Origin: Phyllobates terribilis
Lineage: Eukaryota
Length of the DNA: 64,000 bases
Assembly: GCF_046119375.1 (NCBI RefSeq)
Contig: NW_027362773.1
Coordinates: forward strand, 27,962,001-28,026,000
Direction: 5' to 3'
Shown: in pieces, positions 11,443 through 24,979 of the stretch
Numbering within the stretch: the first letter of the stretch is position 1
How the letters are laid out: each line of letters opens with the position of its first letter
Translations under genes and position numbers: made by a program
The notes under the pieces: model-generated
What the model saw: only the letters and a program-made list of their open reading frames with translations
The model's database searches: none
What the model was told of the DNA's origin: nothing

Positions 11443-11523
11443 GTGGCCGAGCAGTTAATTAACCCCTTTGGACAAGACGATGACGACTTTGAGACCAATT
11501 GGTTAATTGACAGAAATTTCCAG
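11443..11523 (+). CDS. best1: Bestrophin-1 exon (exon 8 equivalent, 81 bp; Ca2+-clasp acidic cluster)
   Basis: AG/GTAAC boundaries; [27 protein letters not shown]. Confidence 0.97.
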
Positions 11524-11793
11524 GTAACAAAAGTTAAGATGAGTCTATTGTAAAAGCCATTGGATAGAAAACATAAATGAGTAATCTGACCACTGACACT
11601 TGTGATATTTACATACAATGCATAGGATGCCCCCAAATTTTGATAGTTTACATTCTCATTAGGAGAACAGTGGTGACACAATCCCTATTTTTCCAAGCAA
11701 AATGGCGATGACTGCTGAAAAAGGAAGAGAAACTGGAAAGACCAAGTCGGCAGTCTAATTACAGAAGCATGGCAATGGTTGGAACATGTCCTT

Positions 11794-12300
11794 AAAGAGA
11801 ATCTGTCTTTCAATCAACCCTCCTTAGTTGTCTATATGGGCATGCAGATTATAGAAAGCTGAATAAAATGATACCTTGATATCTGCGATCCGATGTCTTA
11901 TTCCAGAGAAATCCATGTTTTTCTCAATATGTAACTGAGCTGTTAAGATCTATGGGCTGGACATAGATCTCCCCAGGAATCTGCATCCAGAGACTATTTT
12001 AATTGAAAGAGGCGTTAACAATGTGAGACATGTAATGGCTGACAGTCTGCTCTCCTGATCTACATGTCTCACACTGGTAACACTCCCTTTCATTTATAAT
12101 AAGCTCTGGAGGCAGATTCTCAGGGAGATCTATGTCCGGCCCATAGATCTTAACAGCTCATTTACATATAAGAAAAATGTGGATTTCTCTTGAATAAGTC
12201 ATCGGATCACAGATATCAATTTATCATTTTATTTACCTTTCTATGACTTACATGCCCATATATACAGCCAAGGAGGGTTGATCCTACAGATTTCCTTACA
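11794..12300. mobile_element. Palindromic T2-type MITE
   Basis: TTAAAGAGAATCTGT start and ACAGATTTCCTTA end, with long internal inverted arms; boundaries approximate. Confidence 0.7.
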
Positions 12301-12371
12301 TTGTTATACAAAATAGTATTCATTAAGTAGATCAGGTGAACGTGTTGTAGAAAAGCAAAGAAATAAGTATA

Positions 12372-13555
12372 CAGGTGCATCTCACTAAATTAGAATATCA
12401 TCAAAAAGTTAATTTATTTCAGTTCTTTAATACAAAAAGTGAAACTCATATATTATATAGAGTCATTACAAACAGAGTGATCTATTTCAAGTGTTTATTT
12501 CTGTTAGTGTTGATGATTATGGCTTACAGCCAATGAAAACACAAAAGTCATTATCTCAGTAAATTAAAATAATTAATAAAAAACACCAGCAAAGGCTTCC
12601 CAAGCGTTTAAAAAAGTCCCTTAGTCTGTTTCAGTAGGCTCCACAATCATGGGGAAGACTGCTGACTTGACAGATGTCCAGAAGGCAGTCATTGACACAC
12701 TCAATGAGGTCCCAGAGTTCCAATTTTCATTTGGAAATCAAGGTCCCAGAGTCTGGAGGAAGAGTGGAGAGGCCACAATCCAAGCTGCTTGAGGTCTAGT
12801 GTGAAGTTTCCACAATCAGTGATGGTTTGGGGAGCCATGTCATCTGCTGGTGTAGGTCCACTATGTTTTATCAAGACCAAAGTCAGCGCAGCCGTCTACC
12901 AAGAAATTTTAGAGCACTTCATGCTTCAATCTGCCAACAAGCTTTTTGGAGATGGAAATGTCATTCTCCAGCAGGACTTGGCACCTGTCCACACTGCCAA
13001 AAGTAAAAAATACCTGGTTTACACACAACAGTATCACTGTGCTTGATTGGCCAGCAAACTTGCCTGACCTTAACCCCATAGAGAATCTATTATAGAGAGT
13101 CTATGGGGTATTGTCAAGAGGAAGATGAGAGACACCAGACCCAACAATGCAGACGAGCTGAAGGCTCCTATCAAAGCAACCTGGGCTTCCATAACACCTC
13201 AGCAGTGCCACAGGCTGATCGCCTCCATGCCAAGCCGCATTGATGCAGTAATTGATGCAAAAGGATCCCCGACCAAGTATTGAGTGCATTTACTGAACAT
13301 ACATTTCAGTAGGCCAACATTTCGGATTTAAAAAAAAATTTTCAAGCTGTTGTTATAAAGTATTCTAATTTACTGAGATGATGACTTTGTGTTTTCATTG
13401 TCTGTAAGCCATAATCATCAACATTAACAGAAATAAACACTTGAAATATATCACTCTTTTTGTAATGACTCTATAAAATATAAGAGTTTCACTTTTTGTA
13501 TTGAAGAACTGAAATTAACTTTTTGATGATATTCTAATTTTGTGAGATGCACCTG
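12372..13555 (+). mobile_element. Tc1 family A, internally deleted copy in the best1 intron after exon 8
   Basis: TA|CAGGTGCATCTC...GAGATGCACCTG|TA with ~200-bp inverted repeats; C-terminal transposase fragments (VMVWGAMS...QQDLAPVH); about 410 bp missing relative to the 57034 copy. Confidence 0.92.
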
Positions 13556-13684
13556 TATGTCTATGGATGGGTATATAAAAGTGTACTATATACCCTGTAG
13601 CCTATAAGATTTCAAAGTAGCATCCTAAATTACTAATTCAGTCACATAACAATATTTTGATACTGCAACGCTCTCCTCCATCAG

Positions 13685-13836
13685 GTGTCTCTGCTAGCAG
13701 TGGATGAAATGCACCAAAATGCTCCTCCACTGGAAAAAGATGTATATTGGAATGATTCAGACGCTCAGCCCCCGTACACTGCGTCTACAGTGGAGACTCG
13801 GAGGCCATCATTCATGGGTTCTGCTTTTGATATAAG
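13685..13836 (+). CDS. best1: Bestrophin-1 exon (exon 9 equivalent, 152 bp)
   Basis: AG/GTAAAG boundaries; [10 protein letters not shown]...[12 protein letters not shown]...[12 protein letters not shown](S), including the RPSFxGS autoinhibitory segment. Confidence 0.97.
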
Positions 13837-14560
13837 GTAAAGATATAGTGCCACAAGAATTAAAAACCTAAATTTAGTTAAACTTTACACACTGTAAGAT
13901 TGTAAAAGATGTTGGTGATACTGAGATTCTAACATATACCCATCATGTAATGTTTTCAGATAAGGTCCCATAAGCTGCCACCAACTACTTAGCTACTCAC
14001 AAAAAATATACACAAAATACACATTATTATTATACACCTAAAATGCCTCGCCCATGTCAGCAATACCATTCTCAGCCATGTTCACATACATTTTTTACAC
14101 TCTAGTTACCATAAACACAAGCTTCCCTGCTGGGTCACTATGGATAAGCAGAAGTATCTGCAACTACGTCTAGGTGGACTATCGATTTACTCCCTAGTTC
14201 TTGTTAGTTCATAACAAGTGTTCTCCTGAGTGAACAAAATAAGCTTATTATATGTAGGTTACTACTTATTCAATAACCTCTGTTTCTGGACCCCAAACTA
14301 AACTGTTAAGCTGCCCCCCACCTACTGCGTAATAAATGGGCTGTTAGGCCCCCTATGGCATCTGTGCAACTGCTAATGCTTCACTCCCTATAGCTTCACA
14401 CTTACTTCTGAACATGACAACTTTATAGTGCACGGTTATAAAGTTAGACCAATCCATTTGGAACATACTGCTTTCACTTCCTATGAAGCACCATACTTTT
14501 AGGAAATGTTCAATCACATAAGAGCAACCATTTGGAGGCTAGAAGTAGAGACATAGCTAT

Positions 14561-14871
14561 TAGTGATGAGTGAGTATGTTCTGTTAACCCTTTCAGCGAG
14601 CATGCTCGGGTGTTTTCCGAGTATCTTCAGAGTGCTCGGGTGTTATGTTTTAGTCGCACTGTGTGCATGATTTGTGACTGCTTGACAGCTTTAATACATG
14701 TGAGGAATGCCTGTTTCTTAGGCATTCCTCACATGTATTAAAGCTGTCAAACAGTCACAAATCATGAGCACTGAGTGCCGAAAACATAACACCCGAGCAC
14801 GCTGAAGATACTCGGCGAGCACACAAGCATTCTCGCCGAAAGAGTTAACAGAACATACTCGCTCACCACTA
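14561..14871. mobile_element. hAT MITE
   Basis: Near-perfect 28-bp terminal inverted repeats (TIRs) TAGTGATGAG...GTTAAC; perfect 8-bp TSD ATAGCTAT at 14553-14560 and 14872-14879. Confidence 0.9.
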
Positions 14872-15072
14872 ATAGCTATAGTAGGTGCAGGAGTTGCCTA
14901 TGATGGCCCAAAAGGTCTCTTTGACTCATATAATATTATTAAAGACCTTATGGCCCATAAGCTTCAGGTTACACCACTGGCTGGCAGTATGTGGGGAACC
15001 AGCATTCATGTGATCCCAAAATATTTCAACATACAGTATTGTATATCTATCTATTTTATTGCAAAACAGATA

Positions 15073-16657
15073 CAGTGGGAATGGAAACTATTCAGACCCC
15101 TTTAAATTTTTCACTCTTTGTTTCATTGCAGCCATTTGGTACATTCTTAAAAGTTCATTTTTTTCTCATTAAAGTACACTCTGCACCCCATCTTGACTGA
15201 AAAAACACAGAAATGTAGAAATTTTTGCAAATTTATTAAAAAGAAAAAATGAAATATCACATGGTCATAAGTATTCAGACCCTTTGCTCAGTATTGAGCA
15301 GAAGCCCCCTTTTGAGCTAGTACAGCCATGAGTCTTCTTGGGAATGATGCAACAAGTTTTTCACACCTGGATTTGGGGATCCTCTGTCATTCTTCCTTGC
15401 AGATCCTCTCCAGTTGTGTCAGGTTGGATGGTGAACGTTAGTGGACAGCCATTTTCAGGTCTCTCCAGAGATGCTCAATTGGGTTTAGGTCAGGGCTCTG
15501 GCTGGGCCAGTCAAGAATGGTCACAGAGTTGTTCTGAAGCCACTCCTTTGTTATTTTAGCTGTGTGCTTAGGGTCATTGTCTTGTTGGAAGGTGAATCTT
15601 TGGACAAGTCTGAGGTCCAGAGCACTCTGGAAGAGGTTTTCATCCAGGATATCTCTGTACTTGGGCACATTCATGTTTCCTTCAATTGTAACCAGTCGTC
15701 CTGTCCCTGCGGCTGAAAAACACCCCCATAGCATGATGCTGCCACCACCATGTTTCACTGTTGGGATTGTATTGGGCAGGTGATGAGCAGTGCCTGGTTT
15801 TCTCCACACATACCTCTTAGAATTATCGCCAAAAAGTTCTATCTTCATCTCATCAGACCAGAGAATATTATTTCTCATAATCTGGGAGTCCTTCATGTGT
15901 TTTTGAGCAAACTCTACGCGGGCTTTCATATTTCTTGCACTGAGGAGAGGCTTCCGTCGGGCCACTCTGCCATACAGGCCGACTGGTGGAGGGCTGCAGT
16001 GATAGTTGACTTTGTGGAACTTTCTCCCATCTCCCTACTGCATCTCTGGAGCTCAGCCACAGTGATCTTGGGGTTCTTTTTTACCTCTCTCACCAAGGCT
16101 CTTCTCCCACGATTGCTCAGTTTGGCTGGACAGCCAGGTCTAGGAAGACTTCTGGTGGTCCCAAACTTCTTCCATTTAAGGATTATGGAGGCCACTGTGC
16201 TCTTAGGAACCTTGAGTAATGCAGAAATGCTTTTATAACCTTGGCCATATCTGTGCCTTGCCACAATTCTGTCTCTGAGCTCCTTGGGCAGTTCCTTTGA
16301 GCTCATGATTCTCATTTGGTCTGACATGCACTGTGAGTTGTGAGGTTATTAAACACAGCTGGACTCCAATGAAGGAGTAGAACCATCTCAAGGATCATAA
16401 GGAAATGGACAGCATGTGACTTAAATATGAGTGTCTGAGTAAAGGGTCTGAATACTTATGACCATGTGATATTTTAGTTTTTCTTTTTAAATAAATTTGC
16501 AAAAACTTCTACATTTCTGTTTTTTTCTTCAGTCAAGATGGGATGCAGAGTGTTCTTTAATGAGAAAAAAAATGAACTTTTTAGAATTTACCAAATGGCT
16601 GCAATGAAACAAAGAGTGAAAAATTTAAAGGGGTCTGAATACTTTCCGTACCCACGG
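15073..16657 (-). mobile_element. Tc1 family C (DD34E), frameshifted transposase
   Basis: TA-flanked ~200-bp TIRs; ORFs 15926-16327 (DNA-binding domain) and 15438-15965 (WSDE...QQDND-34aa-E). Confidence 0.92.
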
Positions 16658-18440
16658 TATAATTACTTAACTCATTTCTTCCTTGGTCAATGATCCAAGA
16701 AGCTTAGTCACTAATATGTCAATGCAGATGAGAGAAACTCTAGAGGAACTATGGAATTTGAGTACCACACCTAGGATAAATTCAGATTCTATTATGCATA
16801 TTATAACAATTAATTCTTTGGATGCTTTTATGGTGTATAAATAAAATAGAGATAAAAAAACAAAGAAAAAGACTGTAGAACTAAAATAGTACACTAATTA
16901 TTGAGTAGGGATTAGTTATATATTAAAATAATTATATTTTCGTCATTTAAACATCTCTTAATTACTCATCCGAAAAAGTGCATTCTTTGTATAATTAGGA
17001 AAGAGAACATTTGCTAATTCTTTGTTCAATGAAAATTCGATCATATACATATAAAAGGAATAAAAATGTTCACCTATGTAACAATGCTGCCATGTGTATG
17101 TTAATATAAATAACAATATATCAAAGCAAATGAGGGTTAGACCACTGAGCTAATAGAAATAGCTGTACAAGTGTCTAGAGTAGACCACACTGATCAAATG
17201 ATGGGCTGGGCATCATAACAATGTTGATATGGCTATATATTGGACTAGGGACTAGTCCAGTCTTCCTTGGCAGACAAAACTGGGCAGTCTTCACTTCTGT
17301 GGCTGGCATCCTGGGCGCGTCTTGCATTTACAAGTCACTAGTGGTCATGTAACGTTATGACGTGGACTGCCTTGGTCTAGCTGCCCCCGAGGAGCGGACT
17401 GGACAATGGACAAGGGCAGCCCAAATCTTTTTGCACAATTCAAAAGGCAGGTGCAGACGACCGTATGTTCTCCATTCAAGAAAATCTGGCCGATTACACT
17501 AATCACACTCTGATGAACCTCTGATAAAAGTATGATCATAATGTGATTCAATTTTCTCGGATATGGAGAATTAAAAAAAAAAGTTTCTCCATCTTCTCCA
17601 TTCAGTCTGTCCATGAAAATCGGACCCCACTCAGATATCATCCGAGTGTGGTCCGAAGTTTTTCACAGACCTATAGACAGGAGTGCACGATCTGATTATT
17701 GGAGGCAAATTGTGCATGCTGTCATCTTTTTCTTTGGACCTTGGACCACTCGGTTAGAAGGAAAAATTGGACATGTGCATGGCCTCATTGATCTGAATGT
17801 GATCCGATGTTTTGATGGATCACATTCAGTCAAAACTATGGGCATCTGCACCAGGCCTAGTACCCACCCATGAAATTTTAACGTTTTCCTAATTTCTTAA
17901 GAATTGTAACGATCAGTATCGTGACTCTCCTAAACAATCTGGTTCCTATTCTAACAATTTAACAGCAGCCAAAAGATGACACTTTATCACCGATCTTCAT
18001 ACACACTAGTCAGTGTAAACATACTTTTAGTCAGCGACTACTAGTTGTTATTTCCTCCATTATACAAACCAATGTTCTAGCATTTAATAGATATTTTATA
18101 TTTGCTACCCCAACTTTTTCTTCTACCATGCAACCATCAACATGCAAGGAATCTTCTAAAAAAGACTTCCCCTTTATCTAGCGTAATATACACCATGCTG
18201 ATCACCCATTTGTCAGGTCAGCTCCATCATATACTGTATGCTGGTTTGGTGTACATCTTTGTAAGGACTTTCCCTCTAGAAGAACATTTTTTAATGACAT
18301 TTTGGGTGGTCATCTCAAAGGGATTTCAAAAAAAACAGAACCACTGTGGCATTACAGAAATAAAACCACATAATTATCAAGTTATATTAGGATTTTTAGT
18401 ATTTTACAGGACAAATTATTGTTCCATTTTTGCCTTCCAG

Positions 18441-19344
18441 TTTGCAAAAGGAGGATTTGGAGTTTCCACCTCTTGAGCAGATAAATGAGAATGAAGAGGC
18501 CAATCACTCTACCCCGTTGATTGGACCACTTGGGCGCCTACTGGGAGTTCATTCTCCAAGTCCACCTCGATCTAACTCACGACAGAGCTTGTTAATGAGA
18601 AGACAGAGCGGCATACCTCCAGGACTCCCACATTTTACACACCGAGACATAGGAAACAGGAGTGGAGAGGCCCTACGTGATCTAAATGTATTCATGTCTA
18701 CCCCTTTCTATGAGAGACCAGGATTTTATAGCGCTCCTCAAACACCACTTAATGGAGGTCCAACATACTGTCCACGATTTCCTGCTCATGGAACTCCGAA
18801 TCTTTGTCACACACAAAGAAGCAAGAAGATGGGAACATCTAATGAAATTGCAGATGAGACAACCAGTGTATCTCCTGGGTCTAAAGAGTGCTTTGTGTGG
18901 CCACTGGGAAGTATGGAGGAACAAGAGGAGGCCATTCTAGATAGTGTGGAGAGTACCCCCTCACTGAAAACGACCGACCAACCACTGCAGAGTCCTATAC
19001 AGATACCTAGAAGATTACTCCGAGCCCACCGCTTATCTGCATTACTGCAAGAAAACCAGTCTCTGGCTTCACCCGATGCTCTTCATACCCCAGGACACAA
19101 GTCGTCACATCCAATTTTTTCATTCTCGCCTATGAACTCCCCAAATTTACAAAGGGCAACTTCCAAAATCTCTCATGGGCAGCCAGATGTAAACTGTGAA
19201 GGTGGAACTAAAGAACAGAATGGATCTCAGTTTCCTTCTCCAAAAGACTCTGGCATAAGTCTAACTGAGGGAGACTTTACTCAACTTATGGAAGTAATCA
19301 TGGAGGCTGGGGAGCCGTGCCAGCAAGAAGACAAGAGTGGTTAA
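18441..19344 (+). CDS. best1: Bestrophin-1 terminal coding exon (904 bp to TAA)
   Basis: Acceptor TTGCCTTCCAG; phase fits exon 9; (S)LQKEDLEFPPLEQINENEEANHSTPL...GRLLGV resembles the chicken BEST1 C-terminus as recalled; synteny with fth1 supports best1. About 667 aa total if the upstream exons contribute the usual 247 nt. Confidence 0.92.
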
Positions 19345-19352
19345 TAAATAAA
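19343..19352 (+). terminator. best1: Two overlapping AATAAA polyadenylation signals at the best1 stop codon
   Basis: AATAAA at 19343-19348 and 19347-19352; whether they are used is untested. Confidence 0.4.
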
Positions 19353-19701
19353 TGAATATTGACCGAATAAGAAGGAAAAGTAGGAGATGCATAAACTGTA
19401 GATTCAGAGGCTTTGATTCAATTAGGCAGAAGAGGACGTTCTCCTTCCAGTCATAAGCCACAAGTAATCTTATTTTCCAGCAATGACTTCCTATGAAAGT
19501 CTTTAACCCTTTTATACTCAGAAGGTGCAAATAACATCATTGTAGAAAATATGAGACTTTTTGTAGAACAAAATCATTTTTGTTATACTAAAGAAATAAC
19601 TATAGCTTCACTGTGTTCCAAAATGAATGCTGTAAATGAAATCAGAAAAAAAAAAATAGAACTGGGATACATCACTATCTGTGCCACAGACTGTCATTTA
19701 A

Positions 19702-20052
19702 AGGGAATCTGTCAGCAGTTTTTGAAATGTGATCTGTAAGCAGCATTATGTACAGGGACAGAGACCCTGATTCCAGTGATGTGTCACTTGCGGATCTGCA
19801 TACTGTCATTTTGACACAATTATTATTTTCTCTGCTTCAGATCTAGCAGTGCTCTGAATGCTGAGCTCTGTATAACCCCGCCCCCACCACTGATTAGCAG
19901 CTGAGTAGTGATAATCTCCTGCGATAAAACACTGATTGTATTGAAGCAGCAACACACAACCTAGTAAGTGACACATCACTGGAATCAGGGTCTCAGTCCC
20001 TTCATCCTGCTGTTCTCAGATTACATAACAAAAATCTGGTGATAGATTCCCT
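19702..20052. mobile_element. T2/Kolobok-type MITE
   Basis: TTAA|AGGGAATCT...AGATTCCCT|TTAA. Confidence 0.85.
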
Positions 20053-21114
20053 TTAAAGGGTTAATTGCCACCTCAGTCTTTCATAACCGAGGCGGTAATA
20101 ACTCTGCTCAGGCTCCGAGGCTATGGAAACATCCAAAGTGATTTATGGAAACGGCATAGCTCACCCGCCCTCGGCTGTTTCTGTAGTCCCACTTTTAGTG
20201 GTTGGAGCCTAATGGAGTTATTCCCATTACAGCCATAAAAGGAACAACCCTTAAGAGAAACCTTAACAAATAATAAAATATCCTATTTTTTTTTAAAACC
20301 GTTGACAATTAAACTATTTGCGTATTATTCATTATGACTATGAACAACTTCGGAGTCGTACAAAGACCCCCAAAAGAAGGGTCCTACACTACCTTAGTAT
20401 ACCTCAGTTTCCATAGAAATTCAACAGAAAAATAAAGTTGTACTATCCTTCTTATCATTGTTTTTAGGATAGAAGAAGCATGATTTGGACATTCATGTTC
20501 GACATATTGGTTCTATTCATATCTTCCATGGATTCAACACTGACCCATTACAGCCTATGGAGCTGCACACTTTTTTTTGTTTTTTGGACTTGGACTGAAA
20601 AAAAAAATGGATACATGACTGTTCTTGATCTGGAAAGGTAGGGATATCCAGAAGTTTTATTCAATTTTACACTTGAAATTTTTTATCCAAAGACATCTAG
20701 ATATCCATACCTTTCCCTATTGCTACTATTGACGAGTGTTTTTTCGTCCTAGCCAGTAATTTGCTACATACGTCAACGTGGGGGGAGCTGGGTCACACTT
20801 TTTTATTCTCTGTTCTTGATCTGACTTGTGAATCAAAACTCGACCATTCAAGTGCAGGGGTCTAGCTAAAAAACAGATAGTTCTTGGATACTATCGAGAA
20901 AAACAGATGCCACACTGATGACGTAAAGCCCAAAAATGGATGAAAATTGGATCGAGCACACTGACAAAAAAATGCTCCTTTTTACACTGCATCAGACAGT
21001 TTTAAAAAGTTTATTGAAAGTGATCCCGACTAATCAAGACTGGCATTTTGGACCAGTTTGTGCCAATCTTGATGAACAGTGCACTCGAATAAGATGCACA
21101 AATTAAAATTTAAA

Positions 21115-21445
21115 GGGGTATTCCCATCTCCAAGATCCCATTGCAAAATATAGTAGGTGTAATAATAATATTAGCAAATACCTCCAATTAGAAATGTACT
21201 ATAGTTTTTCTAATTCGCTGTGTCTCTTTCCTCATGTGCAGGCATTGCAGGACTTAGGTATCCGTGGTTACGACCACTAGCAATTAGATAACTAACTTTC
21301 ACTATATCAGTGGTCGTAACCATGGATACCTAAAGTCCCGGACATGAGGAAAGAGACATGCCAAATCAGAAAAACTATACTACATTTCTAATTGGAGGTA
21401 TTTACTAATATTATTATTACTATACCTACTACATTGCATTGGGAA
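21115..21445. mobile_element. Palindromic T2-type MITE
   Basis: TTAAAGGGGTATTCCC start; inverted arms around the centre GGTTACGACCACT...AGTGGTCGTAACC. Confidence 0.7.
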
Positions 21446-22551
21446 GTTCTACTTTGATCCGCATTTCGGATCAGACTTGCCCATTATAAGACAATGGGTG
21501 TGCAAGAAACAGATCACATACATGTCATGAGTTTTACACTGATCCATTACAGTTATAAAGAAAAGAAACTGTATTTGACCTTTATTATTTATTAAATAGT
21601 TAAAAAAAAAATACATATGGATGTACAAATCGGCATACGGATACTATATACAGATGACAGTATGGATAAAAAAATCATATGTTTTTTTTCTGGATCAAAA
21701 ACAGATGATTTTTCATATACTCGTCCTAACCTTGTCTACCGCTCCCAATATACGAACCTCAATCAAGGGGACGGTAATAGATTCTTCTGTGGGGGCGTTT
21801 GCTTTTTCCCCCTCTATAATGCTGCCCAATCATAAGAAAGCAGTGTTACACAGGGAGAAAAAAAAGCAAAGTCCACAGAGACGGTCAAAACAATTTGTTT
21901 TCAGCTGGAGCAGTGAAGAGCATTGTGCGTGTAGTGTTTGTCACATACAGCGGTGAGGACCTACTACAGGTATCAAGGAATAAGGAGATTGACGATATAC
22001 CCCGATACCTATAGTAGGCCCAGAGCGATTTATGAACAATGAATGCAGTTTGTACTGTGAAATCTGCTGGCAAATCCCATTTAAAACTAGACCAGACAGA
22101 ATAAAAATCATATGTTACCAGCTCTGGACAAGTGTAAACAGATCTATGGACAGTTACACTTTTTAGGGGTCACTCCCAGATACTGCAGATCAGCTCCTAT
22201 TCAATTATCATAAATCAATATTATAAGCGAAGGGGAGAAACTGCCTCCTCCCCATTTATCAGTATCTTTTTTTTCCTGCACTGATCATTCACTCTTAAAA
22301 TCTGCTCAAATCTGTCTACACATTGGTCTACAGTGAAGAATCAAATTGCATCAGCAGCCCACAGAAGTCAATGGGGACATTGGGGAGGGAGAGAGCTGGG
22401 GGGGGGAGCAGAGAGAAACAAACTGCAGCTTCTTAGTGGCTGGAGACAGCCTAGGGAGAGAAACAAAAGAAATATGATGGGCAGAAATAGGGTTAACACA
22501 CATACACTTATGCGCACATTATCCACCATGTGCAGTTACAGCATATGTCAC

Positions 22552-22849
22552 ATTTATTTATTTATTTTATTCACTTATATAGCACCATTAATTCCACAGC
22601 GCTTTACAGACATTATCATTGCTGTCCCCATTGGGGCTCACAATCTACATTCCCTATCTGTATGTCTATGGAGTGTGGGAGGAAACCGGAGAACCCAGAG
22701 GAAACCCACGCAAACACGGGGAGAACATACAAACTCCTTGCAGATGTTGTCCTTGGTGGGTTTTGAAGCCAGGATCCCAGTGCTGCAAGGCTGCAGTGCT
22801 AACCACTGAGCCACCATACAGTGCTAACCACTGAGCCACTCTGCTGCCC
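22552..22849 (-). mobile_element. V-SINE
   Basis: Reverse complement of the 8500 SINE, including tail, V domain and tRNA head; carries a duplicated A-box segment. Confidence 0.88.
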
Positions 22850-23337
22850 TATGTATGTGGATTTGTTGCAGATTTTACAATATTCACTGCAAAAATTGAA
22901 ATCCACTGAAAATCTGCAGCACAAACCAAAGTGCTGCATTTTTTAAATCTGCATTTCAGCTCAATTTTGGTTACAGATTTTCTGCAGTAGGTGTGATTTA
23001 GTAGAATTGCAGTTACTGTACTGCTACAGGCTGCAGCATACCAGTCCTGTCTGAGCCTACCCCAAGGCTCTCGCTAACCAGAAAAATGTTATATAGGCAA
23101 TTCAGCATGGAGGAAGCTTACAGTTACAGAATCAGAATTGCAAAGATCTCACAGGTAAGAGAAGAGAACAAACTGGTTTATTACATAAAGAATCCAAAAT
23201 GAACAATTTAAATGGACAAATCCGAGTAAATCAGAAGGTCAAAAATTAGAACAAACTGATGGACAGCACAATCAATCCATCAATCCATGTTGTATAGTAA
23301 AAAAGGGGAATTTATTTGTTCAATGAAAGATATAGAT

Positions 23338-23378
<41 letters not shown>

Positions 23379-23380
23379 TA

Positions 23381-24931
23381 CAGTGGGGAAAATAAGTATT
23401 TGATACACTGCAGATTTTGCATGTTTTCCCACCTACAAAGAATGGAAGGTCTGTAATTTTTATCGTGGGTGCACTTCAACTGCGAGGGTCAGAATCTAAA
23501 AATAAAAACCAGAAAATCACATTGTATGATTTTTACATAATTAAATTGCATTTTATTGCATGAAATAAGTATTTGATCACCTACCAACCAGCAAGAATTC
23601 TGTCTCTCACAGATCTGTTAGTTTTTCTTTAAGAAGCCCTCCTACCCTGCACTCATTACCTGTATTAATTGCAGCTGTTTGAACTCGTTACCTGTATAAA
23701 AGACACCTGTCCACACGCTCAATCACACTCCAACCTCTCCACCATGGCCAAGACCAAATAGTTGTCTAAGGACACCAGGGATAAAATTGTAGACCTGCAT
23801 AAGGCTTTGATGGGCTACAGCACAATAGGCAAGCAGCTTGGTGAGAAGGCAACAACTGTTGACGCAATTATTACAAAATGGAAGAGACATAAGATGACTG
23901 TCAATCTTCCTCAGTCCGGGACTCCATGCTAGATCTCGTCACGTGGGGTAAGGATGATTCTGAGAAAGGTCAGGAATCAGCCCAGAACTACTAGGGAGGA
24001 ACTGGTCAATGACCTGAAGAGAGCTGGGACCAAAGTCTCAAACATTACCGTTAGTAACAGTACGCAGTCACGGATTAAAATCCTGCAGGGCATGCAAGGC
24101 CCCCCTTCTCACGCCTGCACATGTCCAGGCCAGTTTGAAGTTCGCAATGACCATCTGGATGATCCAGAGGAGTCATGGGAGAAGGTCATGTGGTCAGATG
24201 AGACCAAAATAGAACTCTTTGGTATCAACTCCACTCACCGCGTTTGGAGGAAGGATGAGTACAACCCAAAGAACACTGTCCAAACCGTGAAGCATGGTGG
24301 GGGAAACATGATACTTGGGGTGCTTTTCTGCAAAGGGGACAGGACAACTATATCGAAGGGAGGATGGATGGGGTTATGTATCGCAAGATTTTGCCCAACA
24401 TCTTTCACTCAGTAAGATCATTGAAGAGGAGTAGTGGTTGGGTTTTCCAGCATGACAATGACCCGAAACACACAGCCTGGGCAACTAAGGAGTGTCTCCG
24501 TAAGAAGAATTTCAAGGTCCTGCAGTGGCCTAGCCAGTCTCCAGACCTGAACCTAATAGAAAATCTTTGGAGGGAGCTGAAACTCAATGTTGCCCAGCGA
24601 CAGCCCCAAAACCTGAAAGATCTGGAGATCTGTATGGAGGAGTGGGCCAAAACCCCTGCTGCAGTGTGTGCAAACTTGGAAACGTCAGTAATTGCAAACA
24701 AAGGTTTCTCTACCAAATATTAAGTTCTGTTTTTCTATTGTATCAAATTATTTTCATTTTATAGCATGAAATGTATTTAAAAAAATAAAAAAATCATACA
24801 ATGTGTTTTTTTTTTTTTCACACTGTCTCACAGGTGAAGTGTACCTACGATAAAAATTAGACTTCCATTCTTCGTAGGTGGGAAAACTTGCAAAATTGGC
24901 AGTGTAACAAATACTTTTTTTCCCCCCACTG
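23381..24931 (+). mobile_element. Tc1 family D (DD34E), decayed transposase
   Basis: TA|CAGTGGGGAAAA...CCCCACTG termini; ATG at 23744 ([19 protein letters not shown]); QHDND-34aa-E; multiple stops and frameshifts. Confidence 0.92.
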
Positions 24932-24943
24932 TGTGTGCGAGCG

Positions 24944-24979
<36 letters not shown>

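Noticed and set aside
18441-19344. Assignment as best3 or another paralogue because of the long C-terminus
   Set aside because: The QKEDLEF...EEANHSTPL segment, exon sizes and adjacency to fth1 all fit best1.
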